Notes under the pieces: model-generated
Databases searched by the model: none
What the model saw: only the letters and a program-made list of their open reading frames with translations
Told to the model about the DNA's origin: nothing
Part shown: positions 50,069 through 62,427 of the stretch, one piece after another
Layout of the letters: every line of letters begins with the position of its first letter
Numbering within the stretch: position 1 is the stretch's first letter
Translations under genes and position numbers: made by a program
From: Chiloscyllium plagiosum
Taxonomy: Eukaryota
Length of the DNA: 62,427 nt
NCBI RefSeq assembly: GCF_004010195.1
Contig: NC_057752.1
Location: 9,064,766 to 9,127,192, forward strand
Direction of reading: 5' to 3'

Positions 50069-51492
50069 AGAGATGATCATTGCCTGGTACAGTTGTTAAT
50101 TGCTATGTGTCAGTTCAAGCCTTGGTTAGCTCGAGGTTTTGCTGCATTTGGACACAGGCTGCTTCTATTCCTGAGCAGTAGCAAATGGTGCTGAAAATGG
50201 TGTAATTTTCAGCAAACATCCCCACTTCTGACCTTATGAAGGAGGGAACGTCATTGATGAAGCCACTGATGATTGGACAGAGGATAATACCCTGATGAAC
50301 TCCTGCAGAGATGTCCTGGAGCTGAGATGACTGACCAACAACCACAACCATCTTCCTTTGTGCTAGGTATGACTCCAGCCAGCAGTTTGCCCTCAATTCC
50401 CAGTGACTCTGGTTTTGCCATGGCTCCTTAATGCTGCATTCAACTGCTGAATTCATCCTCAGTCACTCTCACTTGAACCATTTGACTCATTTGTCTATTT
50501 TAAATGAGTCGTCAAATTTGGAAAAGAATTTAAACAGTGGAATGCAAACTGGATTATAATTACAATTTTTTTTTTAAAATAGGTATAAATCACGAAGCAT
50601 GAGCAGTTTACACAGCTAAGCAAAATTAACTTGTTAATTTGGGCAAAGTGGTTCAGCCCCAGCATGTGATGAGGTGAAAATATCTGAATTGTTTGAGGCG
50701 ATTTGTACATCTAGATTAAAAAAAACTTAAGCTACACATGGATCGGAGAAAACATCAACACAAAGGCTTTTTTGAGGTGATGCAACACAAATGCAATAAA
50801 TAAACAGACATGCATTTAAATGTTTTATTAATTTAAAAAGGACAAGAATAATCAGGAAAGATAGTAAGGGATATGTAAAGAGATTTGTTTATCAGGTATT
50901 AACTTCCATTTAAATAGATAGACTATATTGTTAGTACTTAACTGTCAAGTCACCCATTTTCTTAGCCAATGCTGGTGACATCGAGCAACCTGGACAGAGA
51001 CATCACTAAGCTTCAGAATGTCAGCTGCCACTGATTTCATGCCTGCAGCTCAACAGTTGTTTATTCAACTCCCTCACACGACCAGGCTCAGCAATGTCTG
51101 TAAACCACGCATTGAAGTAGTCGTCATCAGGGACTCCTATTAAAAACCAAAGTGAGCTCCAAGGTAAAATTTCAAGGCTTCTAAGCTCAAAACGGAGCAA
51201 GAACAATTATATAGCCATTCTATTTCTGACATCCTACAAGTGTATGTGTTACACAACAGGTGGGGTGGGGGGGGGGGAGCGGGGGGTGGCTGGGGATACA
51301 AAGAACAAAAAAAAAGTTATTTGTAACATAAATGCTCTCCAACAGGGAACACCAAAACCACTTCAGTCTCATTGCTGAATTGGTAGACCAGCTTAATCTA
51401 TCAACCAGATATTGAGGGCACACCTACACTAACACCAGAACATCATGTTTATATAATGGCTTGATCAGGGCAACAGATCACAAAATATTCTT

Positions 51493-51889
51493 GATGTGGG
51501 TTTGCTCGCTGAGCTGGAAGGTTTGTTTTCAGACCTTTTGTCATCATACTAGGTATGATCTGCAATGAGCCTCCAAATAAAGCACTGGTGGTGTAGCCCG
51601 CTTTCTATGTTTGAGTTTCCTAGGGTCAGTGATGTTATTTCCTGTGGTGACATCATTTCCTGGTCTTTGACTTGGATCCCATTTACCACCCCCAGAAAGA
51701 GAACAGGAAATGACATCGCCAACCCAAGGAAACGACAAAGCAGGCTACACCACCAGTGCTTCATTCAGAGGCTCACTGAAGATATTGCTAGTATGGTGAC
51801 GAAACATCTGAAAACAAACCTTCCAGCTCAGCGAGCAAACCTACATCCAGAACCTCAGCCTGAGCTACAAATCTTCTCAAAACTCACTA
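51493..51889. mobile_element. Short fold-back Penelope-derived element (second family)
   Basis: Long imperfect inverted arms (~51494-51625, ~51720-51848) homologous to 3897-4238. Decayed CTGAAGA...GAAACATC core. Confidence 0.85.
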
Positions 51890-54796
51890 TCACACAAAAA
51901 ATGTGTATGGATAATATGACTTTTAGAGTCCAGTCAACAGGAATAGACAGATGAGTCTAATGTGAAACTAATCCAGAAAAACAATAAGAACATACTAAAT
52001 AAGAGCTGGAGCAAGCCATCCAGCCTTTCAAACAGGCTCCACCATTCAATACAGTCACTGCTTCAAATAAGTTTTCCTGCCAGTTCCTCCACTCAATTCA
52101 GAGACACCAAAAATGTCTCCACCTTAAATATCTTCACTGATGTCGTATCTACAATTGTCTAGGATACAGGATTTAAAAGCTTCATAACCTTTTATTGAAG
52201 ACATTTCCAATCTCAATCCCAAACAATTGGTCCCTTATCCTGAGACTATGCCTCAGTGTTCTAAATTCCTTAGCCATGGGAAACAAAGCCTACAAAGGCC
52301 CTTTCTATCTTTTATGTTCAAATGAAATCACCTCTCATCCTTCTCAATGCCAGATAGACAAGTTACCGTAACACATCTTAATCTAGTGAGTATTCACTCT
52401 ACCGCCTCCAATTCAAAGTGTTGAATATCTTTCCTAAAAATATGGAAACCAAAATTACATACAATATTCTAGGTATTGTCTCACTAAATCCCTGTACAAC
52501 TGGAACAAGATTTCTTCATTCTGGTATTCCAATTATCCTGTACTAAAGGACTTCTTCATTCATGGGATGTGAGCACACTGGCTGGACCAGCATTTATTGC
52601 CCATTCCCAATTACCTTTGGGAAGGTAGTGATCCACCTTAACTGCTACAGGCCACATGCTGTAGGTTGATCCACAATGCCCTTGAGAGAATTCCAGGATT
52701 TTGACCCAGTCACACTGAAGGAGTGTTGACAATTTCCAAGTCAGGATGGTGAGTGACTTGGAGGAGAACTTCCAAGTGGTGTTCCCACATATCTGCTGCC
52801 TTTGTCCTTCTCGGTGGTGGACGTTGCAGGTTTGGAAGATGCTGTTGAAGGAACCTTGGCAAGTTATTACAGTGCATCTTGTAGGTGCTACACACTGCTA
52901 ACCACTATGCATTGGTGGTGGAGGGAGTGAATGTTGAAGGTGGTAGATGGGGCATCAATAAAAGCAGACTGTTTTGTCCTGGATGGTATAGAGCCTCCTG
53001 AGCTGCTCTCAGTCAAGTGGGGATATTTCATCACATTCCTGACCTTTGCCCAGAACATAGTGGGCAGGCTTTGGGGTGACAGGTTGGGAGTTACTCACCA
53101 CACAATTGCTCACCTTTGACCTGCTCTTGTAGCTAGTGTTTACACAGCTAGGCAACTCTCCAGATGTTGATAGCAAGAGTTCAGCACCAGTGATATCTTT
53201 GAATACCAGTCATCATCTACTGTGGCAGCTAAAGAACCCTGTCATTTTAACGAGCAATGCTGGAAAGAAAATCAGAGCTTTACAGGTCCAGAATACAACA
53301 GGCCAGAAAGTTTCTAATCTGGTACTAGAGTCTGCACAAGCAGGTGGTTTATATTGGCACAAATTGTCTTCAGTAAGTTAAGATTACGAAATAAGTCTAG
53401 GGTCACATTTTCAGATGTTTCCTGGATTGTTGCTCCTGACGCCTTTAATGTCAAATGTTGACTTGTTGCAGTGGATAAGGATTGGTTTTCTTTTGTAAAA
53501 GAATGGAATTTGACACTATTTAAATTGCCAAAGTGTGCTTGGAGGGGAGGGGGGGGGGTGTAGAAGTAGTTGTCCTGGCACAGCACATTAAGTTGAACAG
53601 TTACTTGCTTATGCTTACTGAAGCTTATACATCTTGCAACACAACATGTGGGCCTCAGCAAATGGATGCAACCATTCATGACAACCAGTAGACGGAACAG
53701 CCAGTTAATGCCTGCATGCAAAATAAACAGATAGAGGAAGGGACACAGCAAGAGCCTATTCTCATCCTAAAGTAAAAAGAAACCAGTATGTTTTATTTCC
53801 TGTCTGAATACAGTGTACACCAGGTGACAAAGAAACCAGATGCTTTGTATGTTGATTCAAGTGGCTGTCAAGAGTTTACTTTGTTTCCCTGCTCTCATTT
53901 GACATTCAATAGGTAGATGTGTATTATGTAAACAATTTTTTGAGGTGTTGATCATCCCATATATCAGGTAGGTGGCAAGCTGCAAGTGGTTCATTTGCAG
54001 GCTTTGACTGCCAACTGAACAGTTGCTTTCTGTATTCAATCCTATACATTCAGTACCATTTGTCTTGGTTAGCAATGAGTGATGTTGAACCTCATTTATT
54101 ACTTTGATGCAAGATGATCAAGTTACCTCTTCTCAACATCACTAACTCAGCATTAAACTGCTGTAGAACACAAATCATTAATGGCTGTAATTCTTCATTC
54201 TGGCCATGTGCCAGGACTGAGCTTTGCACCTCAAGTGTGATGCATAGTCCAAGATAATTGGAGAATAAGTATTTCAGTACACACATTCTACTGCTGTTCC
54301 AAAGCACCAACATACTACTGCTGTCTCACCCAAAGAGCATACAGTCCTATTTCAAACATTAGGAGCAGTTTGTCTTTCCATTGTATTCCCAATAGCTGGC
54401 TGGGGGACCTTTGAGCAACAGGTTTCTCAGAACGGTCAGTGTGACCAAAGAGATGCAATTCCCCCATCACACACAGCTGTAATATCTCACTTCACACCCC
54501 TCCTTGATCAAGTTTTAGTCAGCTGTCTCACTTTCTCCTTGTGACTCAGTATCAGATTTTGTACCTGTGAAACAAATGGGTTCATTTTACTACAGTGGAG
54601 ATGCATATAGAAATGCAATTTGCTGTTATGACAGATAGAGCAAACACATTAAGGAAATGAACTGAGTTTTGCCCCCCAGCAAGAGAATCAATTTCAGTTC
54701 AGTCCAGAGGAACTAGCCACTTCAGCAGAAGGGATTGCTTGTCTGGAGTTTCCAAGACAGGAGGGTAGTGATAAAAAGCTTCAAGGTGTTAGTTTA

Positions 54797-55493
54797 GACA
54801 CTTAATGGTAAGGTCCTGGGGAGTGTTGCTGAACAAGACCTTGGAGTGCAGGTTCATAGCTCCTTGGAAGTAGAGTCGCAGATAGATAGGATAGCGAAGG
54901 CGTTTGGTATGCTTTCCATTATTGGTCAGAGTATGGAGTACAGGAGTTGGGAGGTCATGTTGCGCTGTACAGGACATTGGTTAGGCCACTTTTGGAATAT
55001 TGTGCACAGTTCTGGTCTCCCTCCTACTGGAATGATGTTGTGAAACTTGAAAGGATTCAGAAACAATTTAGAAGAATGTTGCCAGGGTTGGAGCATTTGA
55101 GCTATAATTAGAGGCTGAATAGGCTGGTGCTGTTTTCCCTGGAGTGTCAGAGGCTGAGGAGGGACCTTGTAGAGGTTTATAAAATCATGAGGGGCATGGA
55201 TAGGGTGAAGAGACAGACAAAATCTTGTCCCGGGTGGGGGAGTCCAGAACTAGAGGGCATAGGTTTAGGGTGAGAGGGGAAGATATAACGAGACTTAAGG
55301 GGCAACTTTTTCAGAGAGTGGCGAGTGTATGGAATGAGCTGCCAGGCATGTGGATAGGTACATGAATAGGAAGGGTTTAGAGGGATGTGAGCCAAGTGCT
55401 GGCAAATGGGACTAGAATAATTTTGGATATCTGGTCAGCATGGATGAGCAGGACCAAAGGGTCTGTTTCCATGCTGTACCCATGACTCTATGA
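54797..55493 (+). mobile_element. HER1/CR1 LINE 3' part
   Basis: Same family; ATGACTCTATGA tail. Confidence 0.92.
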
Positions 55494-57249
55494 AATACCT
55501 GGGACATTCCGACATTAAAGACACCCTGTAAAGACAAATTGTTGATTTGCATTCAGTTGACTGCAGCTCATTAACCTTCTGGTTACACATTCACACAGAA
55601 ATGCAATATCAAGAACAAATCTTCTGAACATGATTTTACTTGTACTCGCTGTATTTAATCATTAAACATGGAGGTTTAAATACAGGCTAAGAGCGTCTCA
55701 GTGGTGGAGCACGTGTCAGGGTGGGGGGAGGGAGGGAAAAACCACATACTGGTCTTTCTGCTAAAACGGTCAATCTTACCCAGCCAAGTGAGCAGTCTGC
55801 TCCCTCATCTCAACCAAAATTAGTTTGAAACAGAAAGTGAAGATGCTCATGCATTTTCTGCATGCGATATGGGTGATGCTGGCAAGGCTGCCATTTATTA
55901 TCCCTCACCGATTACTCCAGAAACAAGCAGACCCTCAAACTGCTGCAGTCCTTGTGACAATGGTGCTCCTGCAGCTGGCAGAAAAACCTTCGCTCTCACT
56001 TTGCTTTCATTTAGGAAGATGGAAAGCATTCTAGGCTTCCAGACAATCCAATACAACTAGCAAAACGTTTGTGGCCAGAAAGGTTTGGCATTCTCAAGAA
56101 AACAGATTGGATTAGAACAATTCGCACAAGATGCAATATAAAAATCCCAGAGTTGTACATATGCATGGAATGTAATGATTGTACAAAAATTGCAACCTTT
56201 TGGACAATCTTTCAGTTTTAATGAAAAAATGAAAGGAACTGTAGAATATGATCCCTATATAAAAGATGGTAGTAGTTCTGCAATCCCACGTAATAACTGA
56301 ACAGAATAATAGAAATGGTTGCAACACAGAAGGCAGCCATTGAGATAATCGAGCCAGTGATGGAGCTCCATAACAGCACTTTAGCTTGTCCCATTACCCC
56401 TCCCTGCCCATGCATTCTCTTTCCCTTTCAGGCACTTATCCAATTCTGTTTGAGAATTGCTTTTTCAATTTTACCCCAATGGGATTCTTCTTAAATAGTC
56501 CTTCACTTTAACAATTAAGTACAGTATTAAAAGATGAATCTGATTAATATTGTGCCCATTTTGTTTCTAGTGACAGTGTTACAACTGTGTGCTGCCCTTG
56601 AGCAGGAGCCCATTATAAATCAAGCTCTCTATGCAGGCTAGCCTGCATAAAACTTGGTTCATTAAAACTTTTTAATAACAGCTTTGTCAAAACAAAGAAA
56701 ATCAATTGCTTTATAATGATTGAATGGAATACATAAAAATAAGCCTCAAATAAGCCTCCTGCACTCCCACAATTTTTAAACTATTAAAATACACAACATA
56801 TCCAGAATACAAGCAGATCTTGAGTAGCTGACGAATTTAGATAAACACCAAGTCAAAGCTAGTGTCTAGAGCGGTGGAGCAGCAGGATCCTCAATATTTC
56901 CTGCTAATTGGTAATTTGTCATTAGTTTATATCAGAGAATGTTGTGGATTTAACTAAAATGGAACAAAGCGTGTTTTTTTATAAATATATCGATATACTG
57001 TTAAGTCATAGTGCAGCATTAATATTGGATATGGTTATTTGCTGATAACCATACCGTTCACGAGGTGTCACTAGAAGAATGCCCATTCTACATTCCAGTT
57101 TACCGGCTTCACTAGAAGTGTGGGCGAATTAGATCTTGACATCTGATCTGAACAACCAGGGGTGAAGAGAAATGCCCCCTAGAAAGGTAAACGAGGAGCA
57201 ATGAAAAGGAACTGCTATTTAACATGACATGATTCATCAACTGAGCATT

Positions 57250-58970
57250 GGCTCTGACGAAAATTTACCGGCGACTATCCCGGAAACTGCATCATAAACG
57301 GTGTCAAGCCTTGTTTATAGCCAGTCTAATCATTGAACAGAAAAAAAAGCGTTCTGCCATCCTTGTTAATGACCAATCACTGATCATGCACAAACAAAAA
57401 AAAAATCGCAATTCCCTACCTGAAATGTAGATTATAACCGGCAGCTTCCCTCCTATTTAAGTGCTGTACAGGGATTTAAATGGCGCTTGACTGGGCGAGT
57501 CCTTTTTTTTCCTCCACAACAGCTTTTCATACAATATGCAATCAACCCTTTTCCCAAACAGATTCGTGTTAATGAAAGTGTTCGTTTTTGACCGGTGGGT
57601 GTGCTTGGGTTTGCTGCGATCAGATGGAAAGGGTTGGCAGGCGATGGCTTGGGCGGCGAGGGGAGAGGTAAGGGTGCGAAAGAAGGTAACTAAGTTGGTG
57701 AAACTGACTTACCGCAACCCTTGCTCTAACCAGTTACAATGTACCGACCTGTCTATAACAATAGACTCAGCGTTCCACTGCGCTGCTATTTATAGATATG
57801 ACGACGCCCAGGGACACAAAGCGCCTGCGTGGAGATGCCCAGTGCATCCCGGGAATTGTGGTTTGTTCTTTCTCCTTGTTCTTGCTGTCAAGACACCCCC
57901 CCCCCCCCCAAACCCCCACGCCAAAAGAAACCACCTTTGATCTGCCCCTTTCCAAACAAAAAGAGACACGTTTACCACACAGTAACCTTCAGTCAGTTTC
58001 AGCCTTGAGAGCCGTGTCATTTCCAATTGTCCCCGCCCGTGCCGACAGTGAAATCCGCACGGAACGTCCATGTCGATTTCCGAGTACCGCCAGCGCGGCG
58101 TCAACCCAGGTAAACAATCGCTCATTCATGACACGTGGCTCAAGGTGCCAAAAGACAGGTGTAAGAAAAAAAAACGATTAAGGGGGGGGCAAGTCACATA
58201 CATGTTTTTATAACTCTCTGAAGGTTTTTTCCTTTGTTCTCAGTTCTGTATTTTGTTTCACGAACAGCATGGACAATAAAGAGGGCATGAATAAGACTGA
58301 CTCTGAAAGCGCTATTCTGATAACCAATGAGAGCGACATTGGCCTCTCTACAACTGTCCAACGAGCCATAGGAAAAATCGAGACCGCGCAGTTGGCGAGA
58401 GCAAGACAGGTAAAAACACTTATGAAGGAACGTAAGGAAAAATATAGTCAGTTGTCAAAAGAGAGGACAGCAGCATGTCCCGTGCCCCCTTCCCCGCCTT
58501 AAAAAAAACTCCCTGAGAATGACGATTCCTGGCTGAGCGCTACATACGTTTGATGAAAATATCCAGTGCTGGAAGAGTTGCGGTCATCACCCCATTGTCT
58601 TCTTCTTATGAAACTGACCATACACCTATCTATAGTTATTGCTTCGCAGAGCCTTCGTTCGTCATACTGTACTTTTCTCGGAATCTTTGCCCTTCTTTCA
58701 GTTTTCTTCGGATTTTTCATTTTGTTTACCCTCGATTTAGATCTGGGACCGGAATCTCAATGGAAACATTGTATTCCAAAGCAGCGTTCCTTGACAGGAA
58801 GAAAACAGATAAGATGTTTATTGTACCAAGTGACACTGCACTGAAAGCTTTTCAACTTTGACACTGATATTTATACACCTTACACATTAAAACAGGTTTT
58901 CAACCGGGAGCAGCAATTCTCGGTAAGAAAGCGCGAACACTGCCAACACGGTTCAGCGCCTCGATCCGCC
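57250..58970. promoter_or_regulatory. CpG-rich promoter region
   Basis: Visibly CpG-dense and free of recognisable repeats. Motifs: TATA/MEF2 CTATTTATAG 57786-57795; half-CREs TGACG 57799-57803 and CGTCA 58099-58103; GC box 58031-58038; forkhead GTAAACA 58110-58116; E-box CACGTG 58132-58137; CCAAT 57373-57377 and 58324-58328; ATTGG 58338-58342. Confidence 0.7.
57713..57767 (-). other. Probable non-coding first exon (5' UTR) of the CSRNP gene
   Basis: Consensus donor GCG|GTAAGT (GT at 57712-57711) lies about 80 nt downstream of a minus-strand TATAAATAG (57794-57786), inside the main CpG-rich non-repeat region. The TSS is inferred from TATA spacing only. Confidence 0.55.
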
Positions 58971-58981
58971 CATCACCCTGG

Positions 58982-59102
58982 TAAAAACAATGACTGCAGA
59001 TGCTGGAAACCAGATTCTGGATTAGTGATGCTGGAAGAGCACAGCAGTTCAGGCAGCATCCGAGGAGCAGTAAAATCGACGTTTCGGGCAAAAGCCCTTC
59101 AT
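58982..59102 (-). mobile_element. Solo Penelope pLTR, truncated within the hammerhead core
   Basis: Near-identical to 28043-28163. 13-bp TSD CCCATCACCCTGG (58969-58981, 59103-59115). Confidence 0.9.
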
Positions 59103-59328
59103 CCCATCACCCTGGCCTAGACTGGGTTAATCCAATGGAGGGTCCTGCCTCGACAATACTGAGTCGTTCTAGTGGCTGCCCAGGGGCGCACAAGTGGTAG
59201 ACGGGATGATTAATTTTGGTAACAGCAGTAAATTCAGTAGAAAAGGTGGTGGAAGCAAAAATCCTCATAACATTTAAAGTACACAAGGCTATGGACCAAG
59301 TGCTGGAAAATGGGATTAAAATAGTTAG

Positions 59329-59462
59329 TTAAAAATCACACAACACCAGGTTATAGTCCAACAGGTTTATTTGGAAGCACTAGCTTTTGGATGTAACTGA
59401 AATACATTGAAAAATACCTTGATTGTTGAGTCTCTTAACCAGCATCTCCAAATCATGACTAG
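59329..59462. mobile_element. Short insertion, probably a further Penelope pLTR family
   Basis: TSD AATAGTTAG (59320-59328, 59463-59471) inside a CR1 3' remnant. The family call rests on recalled resemblance only. Confidence 0.55.
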
Positions 59463-59627
59463 AATAGTTAGGTTTTTGACTGGTGCAGACTCAAAGGGCC
59501 TTTTTCTGCGTTGTAAACCTCTGTGATTCTATCACCGTATGATAAACATACCCAAACATACAGAGATATAGTCAGATGCACACAAACAGACACACATGTA
59601 CAGAAACATAAATACACACACAGACAT

Positions 59628-61456
59628 GAGTCAAAGAATGTGGTGCTAGAAAAGCACAGCAGGTCAGGCAGCATCCGAGGAGCAGGAGAATCAACGTTTC
59701 GGGCATAAGCTCTTCATCAGGAATGAGGGGGCTGAGAGATAAATGGGAGGGGGTGGGGCTTGGGGGAAGGCAGATAGGAATGCGATAGGTAGACGAAGGT
59801 GGGGGTGAAGGTGATAGGTCGGAGAGTGGAACGGTTATCTGCGAAGGAAGATGGACAGGCAGGACAGTTCAAGAGGGTGGTGCTGAGTTGGAAGGTTGGA
59901 TCTGGGATAAGGTGGGGGGAGGGGAATTGAGGAAAGTGGTGAAATTCACATTGATCCCGTGGGGTTGGAGGGTCCCAAGGCGGAAGAGGAGGCATTCTTT
60001 CTCTAGGCATCGGGTGGCTAGAGTTTGGCGGTGGAGGAGGCCCAGGACTTGCAAGTCCTTGGCGGAGTGGTAGGGGGAGTTAAAGTGTTCAGCCACAGGG
60101 CAGTGGGGTTGTTTAATGCATGTGTCCCAGAGATGTTCTCTGAAATATTCTGCAAGTTGGTATCCTGTCTCCACAATGTAGAGGAGACCACATCAAGAGC
60201 AACGGACACAGTAGGTGAGGTGTGTGGAAGTGCAGGTAAATCTCTGTCAGGTGTGGAAGGATCCTTTGGGGCCTTAGACGAAGGTGAGAGTGGAGGTGTG
60301 GGTGCAAGTTTTGCATTTCTTGCCGTGACAGGAGAAGGTGCTGGGAATGGAGGGTGGGTTGGTGGGGGGCGTGGACCTAACAAGGGAGTCATGGAGGGAA
60401 TGGTTTCTGCGAAATGCAGCTGGGGTGGGGAGGGAAATATATCTCTGGTGGTAGGGTCTGTTTGTAACTGGTGGAAATGGCGGAAGATGCTGCGATGTAT
60501 CTGGAGGTTGGTGTACACATCCATCCACCGTGACAAAGGCTTCCAAGCCCTCCGTTTCTTCCTCTCCCACTGACCCAATCAGTACCCTTCCACTAACACA
60601 CTCATCCGATTGGCTGAATCGGTCCTCACCCTCAACAATTTTTCCTTTAAATCCTCCAATTTCCTCCAGATCAAAGGGGTAATCATGGGCACCCACATGG
60701 GCCCCAGCTATGCCTGCCTCTTCGTCTAGTACATGGAACAGTCTAATTTCCGCAGCTACACCGGCACCATTCCCCACCTTTTCCTCCGTTACATCGAAGA
60801 CTATATTAGTGCCACCTTGTGCTCCCACGCAGAGGTTGAACAGTTCATCAACTTCACAAACACCTTCCAACCCGACCTCAAGTTCACCTGGAACATCTTG
60901 GACACCTCTCTCCCCTACTGGTGAACCTCTCTATTTCCATTTCCAGCGACTGTCTCAACACAGGCATCTACTACAAACCCACTAACTCCCACAGCTACCT
61001 GGAATATACCTCCTCCCACCCTGCCTCCTGTAATAACGCTATCCCTTATTCCCAAAAGCTTTGCCTCCACCGCATCTGCTCCCAGGAGGACTACTTCCAC
61101 CATAGAACATCTCAGATGGCCTCCTTCTTCAAAAACTGCAATTTCCCCTCCTACATGGTCAACAATGCCCTCCAGTGCATCTCCTCCTCTTCCCACACCA
61201 CTGCCCTTGAACCCCACCCCTCCAATCACAACAAGGGCAGAACTCCCCCTGGTCCTCACCTTCCACCCCGCCAACCTCCGGATACATCATCCTCCTCCAG
61301 TTCCGCTACCTATAAACAGATCCCACAACGAGAGATATAGTTCCCTCCCCACCTCTGTCTGTGTTCCGGAGAGACCATTTCCTCTGCGAATCCCTTGTTA
61401 GGTCCACGTCCCCCACCAACCCACCCTCCACTCCCTGAACCTTCCTCTGCCACCGC
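59628..61456. mobile_element. Penelope-like element with internal inversion
   Basis: Minus strand 59628-~60510: GIY-YIG end (ETGYQLAEYFREHL, HFNSPYHS), 3' UTR and hammerhead pLTR. Plus strand ~60512-61456: RT (MGTHMGPSYACLF, YIED, FTNTF). Frameshifted. Confidence 0.9.
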
Positions 61457-61649
61457 ATTGTTGGAGTCTATTGTTGGAAAACCCCATCTAGTTCACTAAT
61501 GTCCTTTAGGGGAGAAAACTCCTATCTTTGTCTGGACCAAATGTGACTCCATACCCATAGTTAAGTTGACTCTTAACTGCCTTTTGGGATGGGCAATAAG
61601 TGCTGACTTAGCCAGCAATGCCCTTAACCTTATGAATTTTTAAAAAAAA

Positions 61650-61915
61650 CGTATAGACATGCACATACACATACGCAGACATGGACAGATAACACATACG
61701 TACTGAGATAAGAACAAACAGATACGGGGATGTGGCAAATAGACACATATATGCAGACATAAATATAAACAGACACACATGCACGCAGAGAATGGGCAGT
61801 TAGACATACACACATATGTACAGGGATTCAAACAGACAGACACATGCACATGCATACAGCAATACAAACAAACAGACATACACATGCAGAGAATTAGACA
61901 GACACATATACTCAG
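61650..61915. repeat. Decayed (CA)/(CAGA)-rich low-complexity tract; similar tract at 59545-59627
   Basis: Visible ACAC/ACAT/AGAC composition. Confidence 0.8.
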
Positions 61916-62063
61916 AAAACGTAATGGCAAATTTAAATGAATAACATGAACTGGGATTTGAACTTGTTGGCATTTTATCAAGTCCTGACACTGGAACTCT
62001 ATTTTAAGAGAAACAGTGATGTGTGGCATGTTTTTCTTAATTTATGGAGGTTGAAATTTTCGG

Positions 62064-62427
62064 TCATAGAGTCATAGAGAGTCATAGAGATGTACAGCAT
62101 GGAAACAGACCCTTCAGTCCAACCCGTCCATGCCGACCAGATATCCCAACCCAATCTGGTCCACCTGCCAGCACCCGGCCCATATCCCTCCAAACCCTTC
62201 CTATTCATATACCCATTCAAATGCCTCTTAAATGTTGCAATTGTACCAGCCTCCACCACTTCCTCTGGCAACTCATTCCATACACGTACCACCCTCTATG
62301 TGAAAAAGTTGCCCCGTATGTCTCTTTTATATCTTTCCCCTCTCACCCTAAACCTATGCCCTCTAGTTCTGGACTCCCCCACCCCAGGGAAAAGACTTTG
62401 CCTATTTACCCTATCCATGCCCCTCAT
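62064..62427 (-). mobile_element. HER1/CR1 LINE 3' end (runs off the window)
   Basis: Repeated GTCATAGA tail; WNELPEEVVEAG motif. Confidence 0.93.

Noticed and set aside
57536..58181. Several 110-134 aa ORFs in the CpG-rich region
   Set aside because: No recognisable homology. Such ORFs are expected by chance in GC-rich promoter DNA.
61630..62029. Cys/Val-rich ORFs
   Set aside because: Translation of TG-rich low-complexity sequence.

Overview
Vertebrate genomic DNA, almost certainly a shark. The evidence is HE1-type tRNA SINEs, HER1/CR1 LINEs with (TCTATGA)n tails, and Deu-domain SacSINE-like SINEs. The window holds the 5' part of a minus-strand CSRNP-family gene, best fit CSRNP2. It includes a CpG-rich promoter at about 57.3-59.0 kb with a TATA box, a probable short non-coding exon 1 (~57713-57767), a ~45 kb first intron and the first coding exon (12535-12696). 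No later coding exon was recognised, so the gene appears to continue off the left edge. The rest is mostly transposon debris: (1) a full-length, decayed Gmr1-type Gypsy element (15336-22114; SCAN-like gag, integrase before RT) carrying a pogo/Tigger-like MITE and sitting inside an older LINE; (2) a solo LTR; (3) many CR1, Rex1, RTE and SINE copies; (4) about a dozen Penelope-like insertions from several families. Many of the Penelope-like insertions are short, non-coding, flanked by target-site duplications (TSDs), sometimes fold-back, and built around minimal hammerhead-ribozyme motifs. These are the most unusual signal. Nothing here proves a new biological system. Repeat boundaries were read by eye and are approximate unless fixed by a TSD.
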